Assembly: GCF_024223415.1 (NCBI RefSeq)
Contig: NZ_CP100500.1
DNA from: Escherichia coli
GTDB lineage: Bacteria; Pseudomonadota; Gammaproteobacteria; Enterobacterales; Enterobacteriaceae
Length of the DNA: 64,000 bases
Strand: one strand, 5' to 3'
Part shown: positions 8,646 through 17,885 of the stretch, in pieces
Layout of the letters: each line of letters starts with the position of its first letter
How positions within the stretch are numbered: position 1 is the stretch's first letter
Translations under genes and position numbers: made by a program
The notes under the pieces: model-generated
Database searches by the model: none
What the model was told of the DNA's origin: nothing
What the model saw: only the letters and a program-made list of their open reading frames with translations

Positions 8646-9329
8646 ATGACAGACCAGAATAAACACATTGAGAAACTGAAAAAGTTGCTGGCGCTGGCCG
8701 CATCCGGCAACCCGCATGAGGCTGCTCTGGCACTGCGCCGCGCCCGTAAACTGATGGATGTTCACGGCATCACACATTCCGACATCGCCATGAGTGATAT
8801 TGATGAAACCATCAGTCACTACTGGCCGACAGGCAGCCTCCGTCCGCCGCGCTACATGCCAGGGCTGATGAACATCATCCGCGAGGCATTTGGTGTTAAC
8901 TCCATCATTCACCCCGGCACATATCCGGGTGTGGGGTTCTACGGCAAACGGGAACGGGCCGCACTGGCCGCGTACACCTGGGAAGTGCTGGCCCGTCAGC
9001 TGAAAAAGGCGCGTCAGCAGTATATCAGTGCACAGAACAAAAGAATAAAAACCGCCACCCGCACCAGCCGTGGAGACCAGTTTGCTGAAGGCTGGGTGCT
9101 GGCCGTTATCAGTGAAATACAGTCCTTCGCCCTGACCAATGACGAACGTGAACTGATGCAGCAGTGGCTGGAACATAAATACCCGCAGACGCAAACCACC
9201 AGGGCGCGTAAACCGGGAAGAAGTCGCAATGGCGACGCCTCGCGCTATGCGGGGTTTCGAGAAGGGCAGAACGTCAGACTGCACCGACCGGTCAGTGGGC
9301 GGGAACAGCAGAAACTGGAGGCCAGATGA
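8646..9329 (+). CDS. DUF2786-like phage protein
   Basis: track ORF 8610..9329 trimmed to Met with GGAGA RBS; N-terminal KLLALAASGNPHEAALALRRARKLM motif typical of this family. Confidence 0.5.
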   Translation: MTDQNKHIEKLKKLLALAASGNPHEAALALRRARKLMDVHGITHSDIAMSDIDETISHYWPTGSLRPPRYMPGLMNIIREAFGVNSIIHPGTYPGVGFYGKRERAALAAYTWEVLARQLKKARQQYISAQNKRIKTATRTSRGDQFAEGWVLAVISEIQSFALTNDERELMQQWLEHKYPQTQTTRARKPGRSRNGDASRYAGFREGQNVRLHRPVSGREQQKLEAR

Positions 9330-9556
9330 TGACGTTATCAGGTAACAGCCGGAAATTAAAAGCCTGCCGAATATCTGCCAGATACCTTTTTGCCCGCGCC
9401 TTTTTTAAGAACGTCAGGCCGGGGATCACAATTGGTGTTATTGCCGGACGCGAACAGGTTGAAAAATACATGTCAGGTGCATGGTGGAATAAAGACCCTG
9501 TCATTGCTGCCCGTAATATTCATATCAGTTGGGGAGATATTCAGAATGACTGCTGA
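9326..9556 (+). CDS. hypothetical protein (76 aa)
   Basis: GGAGG RBS; overlaps neighbours head-to-tail. Confidence 0.35.
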   Translation: MMTLSGNSRKLKACRISARYLFARAFFKNVRPGITIGVIAGREQVEKYMSGAWWNKDPVIAARNIHISWGDIQNDC

Positions 9557-9761
9557 ATCTGTTGTATGTGCCCTGTTCTGGTATTGTTTTGTCGGTTGGT
9601 GTACTGCTGAACTGCACCGCCGTTCAGGGTTTTATTCACGTTACAGTGGTGCCGGTTACTGGATTAGCTGGTCGGTGATGTTCCTGTGCTGGCCTGTGGC
9701 ATTTCCTTTATATGTCGATTATATCGGTGATGCAGGCAGAAGGAGCAACGATGATGACTAA
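9546..9761 (+). CDS. small Trp/Cys-rich membrane protein (71 aa)
   Basis: track ORF 9390..9761 trimmed to ATG 9546; hydrophobic. Confidence 0.35.
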   Translation: MTAESVVCALFWYCFVGWCTAELHRRSGFYSRYSGAGYWISWSVMFLCWPVAFPLYVDYIGDAGRRSNDDD

Positions 9762-10203
9762 ACAACGTCTTATCCAGCTTATCCATATTGCCCGTAATGA
9801 ACTGGGTATGGATGAAGACACCTACCGCCAGATGTTACAGGGGCTGACCGGTAAAGCCTCAACCAAAGGAATGGATACCACACAACTAAACTGCGTGCTG
9901 GAATCCATGAAAAGGAAAGGCTTTCGCGTTAAGCCTGCCGGAAAAGCCAGCTCCGGTTTACCGCTGGATAACCATCCGCAGTCCAGGAAAATCCGTGCGC
10001 TATGGCTTGAAATGGCTGCTGCCGGCATTGTTCGTGACCGTTCAGAAAATGCATTAGCGCGGTGGATCAAGCGGGAAACGGGCATCAGCGCCCTGCGCTG
10101 GCTCAATACTGAACAGGCAAGCAGTGTTATTGAGAAACTGAAGAAGTGGCAGCACAGAGCTGCGGGAGTAAAACATGAGCGACCTGAATCAGTTTCGAAG
10201 TAA
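9751..10203 (+). CDS. gemA: GemA-like protein (Mu GemA family)
   Basis: N-terminal KQRLIQLIHIARNELGMDEDTYRQML pattern; positioned directly upstream of mor as in Mu. Confidence 0.75.
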   Translation: MMTKQRLIQLIHIARNELGMDEDTYRQMLQGLTGKASTKGMDTTQLNCVLESMKRKGFRVKPAGKASSGLPLDNHPQSRKIRALWLEMAAAGIVRDRSENALARWIKRETGISALRWLNTEQASSVIEKLKKWQHRAAGVKHERPESVSK

Positions 10204-10573
10204 AGGGCCGGAACTCCTGGTGGAGCTGGCACAGCATACCTCTGAGACCGTTCGCGAGATTATTGATATTGAGCCCGCAATTGCCGACCAGATTGGTCAG
10301 GCCGTCGCGAACCGAATGATGCAGGTCTGGGGCGGGCAAAACGTTTATTTCCCGATGGGCATGGTATGGAAGGTCAGTCAGCGCGACCGGGAAATCTTCA
10401 GGGAGTTTAACGGACGCAACCACCACGAACTGGCCCGCAAGTTTGGTGTTTCGCTTCAGTGGGTCTACAGCGTGGTTAAGCGGGTCAGAAAAGAAGAACT
10501 GGATCGGATGCAGGGCAGGTTGTTTGATGAAGATCTGCCAGAGGAGACGAAAGACGTTAACAAATCCAGATAA
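10175..10573 (+). CDS. mor: Mor-family transcriptional activator (Mu middle operon regulator)
   Basis: 132 aa; C-terminal HTH REIFREFNGRNHHELARKFGVSLQWVYSVVKR typical of Mor/C family. Confidence 0.85.
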   Translation: MSDLNQFRSKGPELLVELAQHTSETVREIIDIEPAIADQIGQAVANRMMQVWGGQNVYFPMGMVWKVSQRDREIFREFNGRNHHELARKFGVSLQWVYSVVKRVRKEELDRMQGRLFDEDLPEETKDVNKSR

Positions 10574-10618
10574 TTCCTGCTTGTTAAAGTCCTTTCAAAA
10601 ATCTCCTTATTGTATAAA

Positions 10619-10649
10619 AGCACGGTAGACCCCGTACCGTGCTTTTTTT
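10619..10649 (+). terminator. rho-independent terminator downstream of mor
   Basis: GC-rich hairpin AGCACGGTA...TACCGTGCT followed by a run of 7 T. Confidence 0.5.
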
Positions 10650-10687
10650 ATGCTCTCTCTTTAGTATTCAGGATGCAGGGAGAAAAT

Positions 10688-11320
10688 ATGTTTGACGTTT
10701 CGTTGTTAAATCTGCCATGGGCAACACTGGTGACCCTGACCAGTGGCTATATTGGGTATTTTATTGCGAATGTGGGACTGAAGGATCACCACAAGCCCAT
10801 TGAGGTGACTTTTTCTTCGCTGATTTTTGGCCTGACAGCAATGATGGCTTACCAGGCTGTTATGTGGGCAGGTCTGAATGCCTGGCTGGCAACACCACCA
10901 GCACTTCTGTGTGCCGTTACATGCGGTGCGTGGTGGCGCAGGTACGGTCGCAAATGGATGTACAGATTACTGTGGAATAATGATATTTCATGGTCTGACG
11001 ATACCAGCTCAGCATGGCAGGCAATGTTTGATCAAACAGGCTTCAGCGTTACCGAGGTCAGAGTGATTCTTCGCGATGGTTCCGGTATGATGTCACGGCT
11101 GCCAGGGAACTTTGAACAGTGGCCTAACGGTCCGTTTACCCTGGGGAATAAAGGCGATATGGTTCTTTACGTCACGCACAGCAGCCCTTCAGGCAGTAAC
11201 GAATGGGAAGAGTATAAAGGCGTGGTTGATAAGTACTGGGGAGCTCTGGCAACCTATATTCCAGCAGATCAGATTGCCAGAGTGGAGATCAGGCGCGTTC
11301 GTGCAACGAACGATGAATGA
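10688..11320 (+). CDS. membrane protein (210 aa), N-terminal TM helices plus soluble C-terminal domain
   Basis: track ORF 10610..11320 trimmed to ATG 10688 (GGGAGAA RBS) because the upstream part overlaps the mor terminator. Confidence 0.5.
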   Translation: MFDVSLLNLPWATLVTLTSGYIGYFIANVGLKDHHKPIEVTFSSLIFGLTAMMAYQAVMWAGLNAWLATPPALLCAVTCGAWWRRYGRKWMYRLLWNNDISWSDDTSSAWQAMFDQTGFSVTEVRVILRDGSGMMSRLPGNFEQWPNGPFTLGNKGDMVLYVTHSSPSGSNEWEEYKGVVDKYWGALATYIPADQIARVEIRRVRATNDE

Positions 11321-11670
11321 TGTTTATTTTTTCCCTGGGGCAGGGGCTGCCGGCATAGTGGTTTTATTGGCAGAGGAAGACGATTCTCCTTTTCTACCGG
11401 AATCGCGCTCGAACGTCACGATGTGCTTGCTTTTGGGATTTTCTGAGTAATCCAGGCTATCATGCTTATTGTTTTGAGTAGTCATTGGAATCATCCTTTT
11501 TGTTGCGGGTCATGTTTCAGCAAACTCGATTCTAAGTTGCCAGGAAGGATGATTTCAATGCCCGACTTATCTATCGTATAGCGGAAAAGAATTTCAGTTC
11601 TGTTCACCAGAACCCATGTTAACCCACTCCAATTCGTTATTTATCTCACGGATCCCCCTTCATTTATCTC

Positions 11671-12012
11671 ATGTCTGATCAGGTGCGTAAGCTCTCTGGC
11701 GGCAACCAGCAGAAAGTTATCCTCGCGCGCTGCATGGCGCTCAATCCACGGGTGTTGATTGTCGATGAGCCGACGCGTGGCATCGACGTTGGAACCAAAT
11801 CGGAAGTGCACCAGGTGTTGTTTGATATGGCGAAAAAGGGCGTGGCGGTGATCGTGATCTCCTCCGATCTGCTTGAAGTGATGGCGGTGTCTGACCGGAT
11901 CATCACCCTTAGTGAAGGCCGGTTAACTGGCGAGATCCACGGTGACGACGCTAACGAAGAACGGCTGATGACGATGATGGCTATCAACCACAACGCCCTG
12001 AACGCGGCATAA
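11671..12012 (+). pseudogene. 5'-truncated sugar ABC transporter ATP-binding protein (C-terminal ~113 aa only)
   Basis: LSGGNQQK signature, Walker B LIVDEPTRGIDV; the N-terminal ~390 aa expected for a RbsA-like two-domain ATPase are missing. Confidence 0.8.
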
Positions 12013-12023
12013 CGGAGTTTCTC

Positions 12024-13052
12024 ATGACGCAGATGATTCCTAAAACGCAGGTCCCGGTAAAACGCGTCGGACGCATCGATCCCATTGCCTTCTTCGAGCG
12101 CTTCGGGGTACTGATTTTCATGATCCTGCTGCTGATCTTCTTTCAGTCGCAGAACAGTAATTTTTTCTCTGAACGCAATATTTTCAACATCCTGACCGAA
12201 GTCTCCATCTACGGGATCATGGCCGTGGGGATGACCTTCGTCATTCTGACCGCTGGGATCGACCTCTCCGTGGGCTCTATTCTGGCAGTGTGCGCCATGA
12301 CAGCGGCGTACGTGATCAAAGGCGACAATTTCACCACAGTCGATCCGAACGCTTGGGGCGGTATGAGCTGGCTGATTGGGCTGGGGATTTGTCTGACCAT
12401 GGGTACAGCGATTGGCTTCCTGCACGGTCTGGGCGTCACTCGCCTGCGCCTACCACCGTTCATCGTCACCCTTGGCGGGATGACCATCTGGCGTGGTCTG
12501 ACGCTCGTGATTAACGACGGTGCGCCGATTGCCGGCTTCGATCAGGGTTATCGCTGGTGGGGACGAGGGGAATTGCTCGGCATCTCCATTCCGATCTGGA
12601 TCTTCGCCATCGTTGCCATTGGTGGTTATCTGGCACTGCATAAAACCCGTTGGGGGCGCTTCGTCTATGCCATCGGTGGCAACCCGGAGGCGGCACGTCT
12701 GGCTGGGGTAAACGTGAAGCGTGTGCTGGTTAGCGTCTATGTGCTGATTGGCTGTCTGGCGGGGCTGGCGGGCTTCATCCTGAGCGCTCGTCTGGGGAGC
12801 GCTGAGGCGGTTGCCGGGATCTCCTTTGAGCTGCGTGTTATTGCCTCGGTGGTTATTGGCGGCACGTCGTTGATGGGGGGATATGGGCGCATCGGCGGCA
12901 CTATCATCGGCTCCATCATCATGGGCATTCTGATTAATGGCCTGGTACTGATGAACGTCTCGGCCTACTACCAGCAAATTATCACCGGATTAATTATCGT
13001 TCTGGCGGTGGCATTCGACACCTATGCCAAGAGCCGTCGCGGCGCACTGTGA
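12024..13052 (+). CDS. sugar ABC transporter permease (RbsC-like)
   Basis: 342 aa polytopic membrane protein downstream of the ATPase fragment. Confidence 0.8.
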   Translation: MTQMIPKTQVPVKRVGRIDPIAFFERFGVLIFMILLLIFFQSQNSNFFSERNIFNILTEVSIYGIMAVGMTFVILTAGIDLSVGSILAVCAMTAAYVIKGDNFTTVDPNAWGGMSWLIGLGICLTMGTAIGFLHGLGVTRLRLPPFIVTLGGMTIWRGLTLVINDGAPIAGFDQGYRWWGRGELLGISIPIWIFAIVAIGGYLALHKTRWGRFVYAIGGNPEAARLAGVNVKRVLVSVYVLIGCLAGLAGFILSARLGSAEAVAGISFELRVIASVVIGGTSLMGGYGRIGGTIIGSIIMGILINGLVLMNVSAYYQQIITGLIIVLAVAFDTYAKSRRGAL

Positions 13053-13060
13053 GGATCACG

Positions 13061-14194
13061 ATGAAAGAGGTTCGTATTGGATTGATTGGCACCGGGTATA
13101 TTGGCAAGGCGCATGCCATTGCCTATGCCCAGGCACCGACGGTGTTCAATCTGCGCGGCAAACTGGTGCGCGAGATGGTGGCTGAGGTGAACCCGGCGCT
13201 GGCGGCAGAACGCGCGCAGGCGTTTGGCTTCAATCGCTCAACCGGAGACTGGCGGGTGCTCGTGGCCGACCCGGCCATTGATGTGGTGGATATTTGCTCC
13301 CCTAACCATCTTCACAAAGAGATGGCGCTGGAGGCGATCCGCCACGGCAAGCACGTCTATTCGGAAAAGCCGCTGGCACTGAATGCCCACGACGCGCGTG
13401 AGATGGTCGACGCTGCGAAGCGGGCAGGGGTGAAAACGCTGGTGGGTTTCAATTACATGAAAAACCCGACGGCACAGTTGGCGAAAGAGATTATTGCGCG
13501 CGGCGAAATTGGTGAGGTGATCCACTTCTACGGAACCCACAACGAAGACTATATGGCCGACCCGCTTTCCCCTATTCACTGGCACTGTTTTAAAGAGACC
13601 GCCGGACTGGGGGCTCTGGGTGACTTGGCGGCACATATCGTCAATATGGCCCAGTATCTGGTGGGAGAGATTGAGCAGGTCTGTGGCGATCTGAAAATTG
13701 TGGTGCCGGCACGTCCGGCAAAGGCCGGATCGTCGGAAATGGTCACCGTGGAAAATGAAGATCAGGCCCACGCGATGGTGCGCTTTGCGGGCGGGGCGCA
13801 GGGCGTCATTGAAACTTCCCGCGTCGCCTGCGGCCGCAAGATGGGGCTGTCATATGTCATTACTGGTACCAAAGGAGCGATCAGTTTTACCCAAGAGCGG
13901 ATGGCAGAGATAAAGCTCTATCTACATGATGATCCGGTGAACCGTCAGGGGTTCCGGACACTGTTGGTCGGTCCGGCACACCCGGATTACGGCGCGTTTT
14001 GCATGGGCGCAGGTCATGGTATCGGCTTTAACGATCAAAAAACGGTGGAAGTGCGTGATCTGGTAGACGGCATTGCCACCGACGCACCGATGTGGCCGGA
14101 CTTCGAAGAGGGCTGGAAGGTCTCGCGCGTGCTGGATGCCATCGCACTCTCACACCAGCAGGGCCTCTGGCTGAACGTGAATGACATTGTCTGA
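13061..14194 (+). CDS. Gfo/Idh/MocA-family NAD(P)-dependent oxidoreductase (inositol 2-dehydrogenase-like)
   Basis: N-terminal Rossmann motif IGLIGTGYIGKAH; clustered with iol genes. Confidence 0.75.
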   Translation: MKEVRIGLIGTGYIGKAHAIAYAQAPTVFNLRGKLVREMVAEVNPALAAERAQAFGFNRSTGDWRVLVADPAIDVVDICSPNHLHKEMALEAIRHGKHVYSEKPLALNAHDAREMVDAAKRAGVKTLVGFNYMKNPTAQLAKEIIARGEIGEVIHFYGTHNEDYMADPLSPIHWHCFKETAGLGALGDLAAHIVNMAQYLVGEIEQVCGDLKIVVPARPAKAGSSEMVTVENEDQAHAMVRFAGGAQGVIETSRVACGRKMGLSYVITGTKGAISFTQERMAEIKLYLHDDPVNRQGFRTLLVGPAHPDYGAFCMGAGHGIGFNDQKTVEVRDLVDGIATDAPMWPDFEEGWKVSRVLDAIALSHQQGLWLNVNDIV

Positions 14195-14206
14195 AGAGGG
14201 TTCAAC

Positions 14207-16111
14207 GTGGAAAAGCAGTTTGATGTGATATGCATGGGCCGCGTGGCGGTAGACCTCTACAGCCAGCAAATTGGTGCCCGCCTGGAGGATGTGTCGAGCT
14301 TCGCCAAATATCTCGGCGGCTCGTCCGGCAACGTGGCGTACGGTACCGCGCGTCAGGGCTTACGCTCGTCAATGCTGGCGCGCGTTGGCGATGAACATAT
14401 GGGGCGCTTCCTGCGGGAAGAGTTAAACCAGGTGGGCTGCGATACCAGCCATCTGATCACCGATAAAGAACGCCTTACGGCGCTGGTGCTACTCGGCATT
14501 AAAGACCGGGACACCTTTCCTCTGATTTTTTATCGCGATAACTGCGCGGATATGGCGATTACTGCCAGCGATGTGGACGAAAGCTACATTGCCTCCGCAC
14601 GGTGTATTGCCATCACCGGGACTCACCTTTCTCACCCGCAGACCCGCGAGGCGGTGCTGACGGCGCTGAATTACGCCCGCCGTCACGGCGTGCGCACGGT
14701 GCTGGACATCGACTACCGTCCGGTGCTGTGGGGACTAACCTCTCTAGGAGACGGCGAAACGCGTTTTATCGTTGCCGAACAGGTTACCCGTGAACTTCAG
14801 GAGGTGCTACACCTTTTCGACGTCGTTGTCGGCACCGAAGAGGAGTTTCACATTGCGGGGGGCAGCACCGATACGTTGCAGGCGCTGGCGCAGGTGCGCC
14901 ACGTCAGCAAGGCGACACTGGTTTGCAAGCGCGGCGCGCTGGGCTGTTCGGTGTATACCGATGCCATTCCACCTCGGCTGGATGACGGTCTGACGGTGAC
15001 CGGCGTGCGTGTGGAGGTGCTTAACGTCCTTGGCGCGGGAGATGCGTTTATGTCTGGCCTGCTGCGCGGTTACCTGAACGACGAGGGCTGGGAGCAGGCG
15101 TGCCGCTACGCCAACGCCTGTGGGGCGCTGGTGGTCTCGCGCCACGGCTGTGCACCGGCGATGCCGAGCAAAATTGAGCTGGATGATTACCTCTCCCGCG
15201 CCGCGCTCGTTCCGCGCCCGGACATTGACCCGCGTCTTAACCATCTGCACCGGGTGACCACCCGCCGCCGCGAATGGCCGGAGCTGTGCGTGATGGCGTT
15301 CGATCACCGCAGTCAACTGGAAGATATGGCGCTGCAGTGCGGCGCGTCGCTTAAGCGTATTCCGGCGCTGAAACAGCTGATCCTGCAGGCCAGCCGAGAG
15401 GCGGCAAGCTCTGCCGGGCTGGAGGGGAAAGCCGGCCTGCTGTGCGATGGCACCTTTGGTCAGGATGCGCTGAACGCCATTACCGGCGAAGGGTGGTGGA
15501 TTGGTCGTCCCATTGAACTGCCAGGCTCGCGTCCGCTGGAGATGGAGCACGGTAACATTGGTACCCAGCTTATCAGTTGGCCGCAGGAGCATGTGGTGAA
15601 GTGCCTGGTCTTTTTCCATCCGGAAGATGCCCACGGCTTGCGTCTGGAGCAGGAGCAGAAAATCGCCGAGGTGTACCACGCCTGCTGTCAGTCCGGACAT
15701 GAACTGCTGCTGGAGGTGATATTACCCGCCACTATGCCGCGCAGTGACGAACTTTATCTGCGTGCCATTTCCCGCTTCTACAACCTTGGCATTTACCCCG
15801 ACTGGTGGAAACTGCCGCCGCTCTCCGCCGAAGGCTGGACGGCACTGAGCGAGATTATCGCGCGCCGGGACCCGCACTGCCGCGGCGTGGTGATCCTCGG
15901 TCTGGATGCTCCGGCGGAACAGCTGCGTGCCGACTTCAAAGCTGCCGCGGGGCAGGCGCTGGTGAAAGGCTTCGCCGTGGGGCGCACGCTGTTTGGCGAT
16001 GCCTCCCGCGCATGGCTGAAACACGATATTGACGATGCGCAGCTGGTGGCGCGCATCCGGGACAACTACCTGCAGCTTATCGCCTGGTGGCGCGAGCGCG
16101 GACACGCATAA
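14207..16111 (+). CDS. iolC: 5-dehydro-2-deoxygluconokinase (PfkB kinase fused to C-terminal aldolase-like domain)
   Basis: 634 aa; GTG start with GAAGAGGG RBS; PfkB motif GAGDAF; long C-terminal extension as in enterobacterial IolC. Confidence 0.75.
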   Translation: MEKQFDVICMGRVAVDLYSQQIGARLEDVSSFAKYLGGSSGNVAYGTARQGLRSSMLARVGDEHMGRFLREELNQVGCDTSHLITDKERLTALVLLGIKDRDTFPLIFYRDNCADMAITASDVDESYIASARCIAITGTHLSHPQTREAVLTALNYARRHGVRTVLDIDYRPVLWGLTSLGDGETRFIVAEQVTRELQEVLHLFDVVVGTEEEFHIAGGSTDTLQALAQVRHVSKATLVCKRGALGCSVYTDAIPPRLDDGLTVTGVRVEVLNVLGAGDAFMSGLLRGYLNDEGWEQACRYANACGALVVSRHGCAPAMPSKIELDDYLSRAALVPRPDIDPRLNHLHRVTTRRREWPELCVMAFDHRSQLEDMALQCGASLKRIPALKQLILQASREAASSAGLEGKAGLLCDGTFGQDALNAITGEGWWIGRPIELPGSRPLEMEHGNIGTQLISWPQEHVVKCLVFFHPEDAHGLRLEQEQKIAEVYHACCQSGHELLLEVILPATMPRSDELYLRAISRFYNLGIYPDWWKLPPLSAEGWTALSEIIARRDPHCRGVVILGLDAPAEQLRADFKAAAGQALVKGFAVGRTLFGDASRAWLKHDIDDAQLVARIRDNYLQLIAWWRERGHA

Positions 16112-17013
16112 TGGAGACGACAATGAGTGTACAACTGGGCATCAACCCGCTGACGTGGACGAACGATGATCTGCCTTCACTGGGCGCGGAGACATCTCTG
16201 GAGACCTGCCTGAGTGAAGGGAAAGAGGCCGGTTTTGCCGGCTTCGAACTGGGCAATAAATTCCCGAGAGAAGCGCGCCTGCTCGGCCCCATTTTGCAGC
16301 GCCACGACCTGCAGTTGGTCTCCGGCTGGTATTCCGGCCGCCTGTTGGAACGCAGTGTAGAGGACGAGATTGCTGCTGTGCAGTCGCATCTGACGCTGCT
16401 GCGAGAGCTGGGTGCAAAAGTACTGGTTTTTGCGGAAGTGAGTGGCTGCATTCACGGTGAGCAGCAGACGCCGGTTCACCTGCGCCCACGTTTCCCGCAG
16501 GAATGCTGGAAAGAGTATGGTGAGAAACTCACCGTGTTCGCCCGCTATACGCAGCAACAGGGGGTACAGATTGCTTACCACCATCATATGGGCACGGTGA
16601 TTGAGTCCGCTCAAGACGTGGACAACCTGATGCTCCACACGGGTGAGGAGGTTGGTTTACTGCTGGATACTGGCCACCTGACCTTTGCCGGGGCCGATCC
16701 GCTGGCGGTGGCACAGCGATGGGCATCGCGCATCAATCATGTTCACTGCAAAGATGTGCGCGCCGACGTGCTGGCGGACGTCAAAAACCGTAAAACCAGC
16801 TTCCTCGACGCGGTGCTGAGCGGCGTGTTTACCGTGCCGGGTGACGGCTGCGTGGATTATCCGCCGATTATGCAACTGCTGAAAACGCAGGATTATCACG
16901 GTTGGCTGGTGGTGGAGGCTGAACAGGACCCGGCGATCGCCCATCCGCTGACCTACGCCCGTCTGGGATATAACAATCTGAGCCGCCTGGCGCGCGACGC
17001 CGGGCTTATCTGA
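16111..17013 (+). CDS. iolE: sugar-phosphate isomerase/epimerase TIM-barrel protein (inosose dehydratase-like)
   Basis: start overlaps iolC stop (TAATG); N-terminal LGINPLTWTNDDLPSLG motif resembles IolE. Confidence 0.65.
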   Translation: METTMSVQLGINPLTWTNDDLPSLGAETSLETCLSEGKEAGFAGFELGNKFPREARLLGPILQRHDLQLVSGWYSGRLLERSVEDEIAAVQSHLTLLRELGAKVLVFAEVSGCIHGEQQTPVHLRPRFPQECWKEYGEKLTVFARYTQQQGVQIAYHHHMGTVIESAQDVDNLMLHTGEEVGLLLDTGHLTFAGADPLAVAQRWASRINHVHCKDVRADVLADVKNRKTSFLDAVLSGVFTVPGDGCVDYPPIMQLLKTQDYHGWLVVEAEQDPAIAHPLTYARLGYNNLSRLARDAGLI

Positions 17014-17022
17014 GGAGGTGAC

Positions 17023-17844
17023 ATGTCACGTCTGTTATCACGCTGGCAACAGCCGAACGCTGAGGGGCGGACTCAGTCTGTCACGCCGGAAAGCGCCGGA
17101 TGGGGATATGTTGGCTTTGAGGCCTATGAACTTGAGGAAGGGCAGCAACTGACGCTGCCCGCTGTCAGTGAAGAGCGCTGTCTGGTGCTGGTGGCCGGGC
17201 GCGCTTTCATCAGCACTCCTTCTGCACAGTTTATTGATATCGGGGAGCGGATGAGCCCGTTCGAGCGCATCAAACCTTGGGCGGTTTACGTCACCCCGCA
17301 GGAGGCAGTGCAGGTGAAGGCGCTGACGAAACTGGAGCTGGCAGTCTGTACCGCTCCGGGAAAAGGGACATACCCGACGCGGTTGATTGCACCTCAGGAT
17401 ATCGATGGCGAAGCGCGCGGTAACGGCCACAACCAGCGTTATGTGCATAATATTTTGCCGGAAGACAAGCCCGCTGACAGCCTGCTGGTCGTCGAGGTCT
17501 GGACCAACGAAGGCTGTACCAGTTCGTACCCGAGCCATAAACACGATACGAATAACCCGCCTCAGGAGAGCTATCTGGAGGAGACCTATTACCATCGCCT
17601 CAACCCGGAACAGGGGTTCTGCATGCAGCGGGTGTATACCGATGACCGCACACTTGATGAATGTATGGCGGTCTATAACCGTGACGTGGTCATGGTGCCG
17701 AAAGGGTACCACCCGGTGGCGACGATGGCCGGGTATGACAGTTATTACCTTAACGTGATGGCCGGACCAGTACGTAAATGGATATTCACCTGGGAAAAGG
17801 AACACTCATGGATAAACACAGAGTATTCTGCCATTTCTTTATAA
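17023..17844 (+). CDS. iolB: 5-deoxy-glucuronate isomerase-like protein
   Basis: 273 aa; family assigned from memory and from position after iolC/iolE. Confidence 0.6.
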   Translation: MSRLLSRWQQPNAEGRTQSVTPESAGWGYVGFEAYELEEGQQLTLPAVSEERCLVLVAGRAFISTPSAQFIDIGERMSPFERIKPWAVYVTPQEAVQVKALTKLELAVCTAPGKGTYPTRLIAPQDIDGEARGNGHNQRYVHNILPEDKPADSLLVVEVWTNEGCTSSYPSHKHDTNNPPQESYLEETYYHRLNPEQGFCMQRVYTDDRTLDECMAVYNRDVVMVPKGYHPVATMAGYDSYYLNVMAGPVRKWIFTWEKEHSWINTEYSAISL

Positions 17845-17866
17845 ACTGAGTACCTAAGCTAAAAAA

Positions 17867-17885
17867 GGGGAATGACTCCCCTTTT
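17867..17885 (+). terminator. rho-independent terminator after the iol genes
   Basis: GGGGA-loop-TCCCC hairpin flanked by A-run and T-run. Confidence 0.45.

Noticed and set aside
11112-11450. 112-aa plus-strand ORF overlapping the 3' end of the 10688..11320 membrane-protein gene and extending into the junction region
   Set aside because: Out-of-frame overlap with a better-supported gene, no RBS, low-complexity Ala/Gly stretch; probably spurious, though the junction region itself is flagged as a finding.
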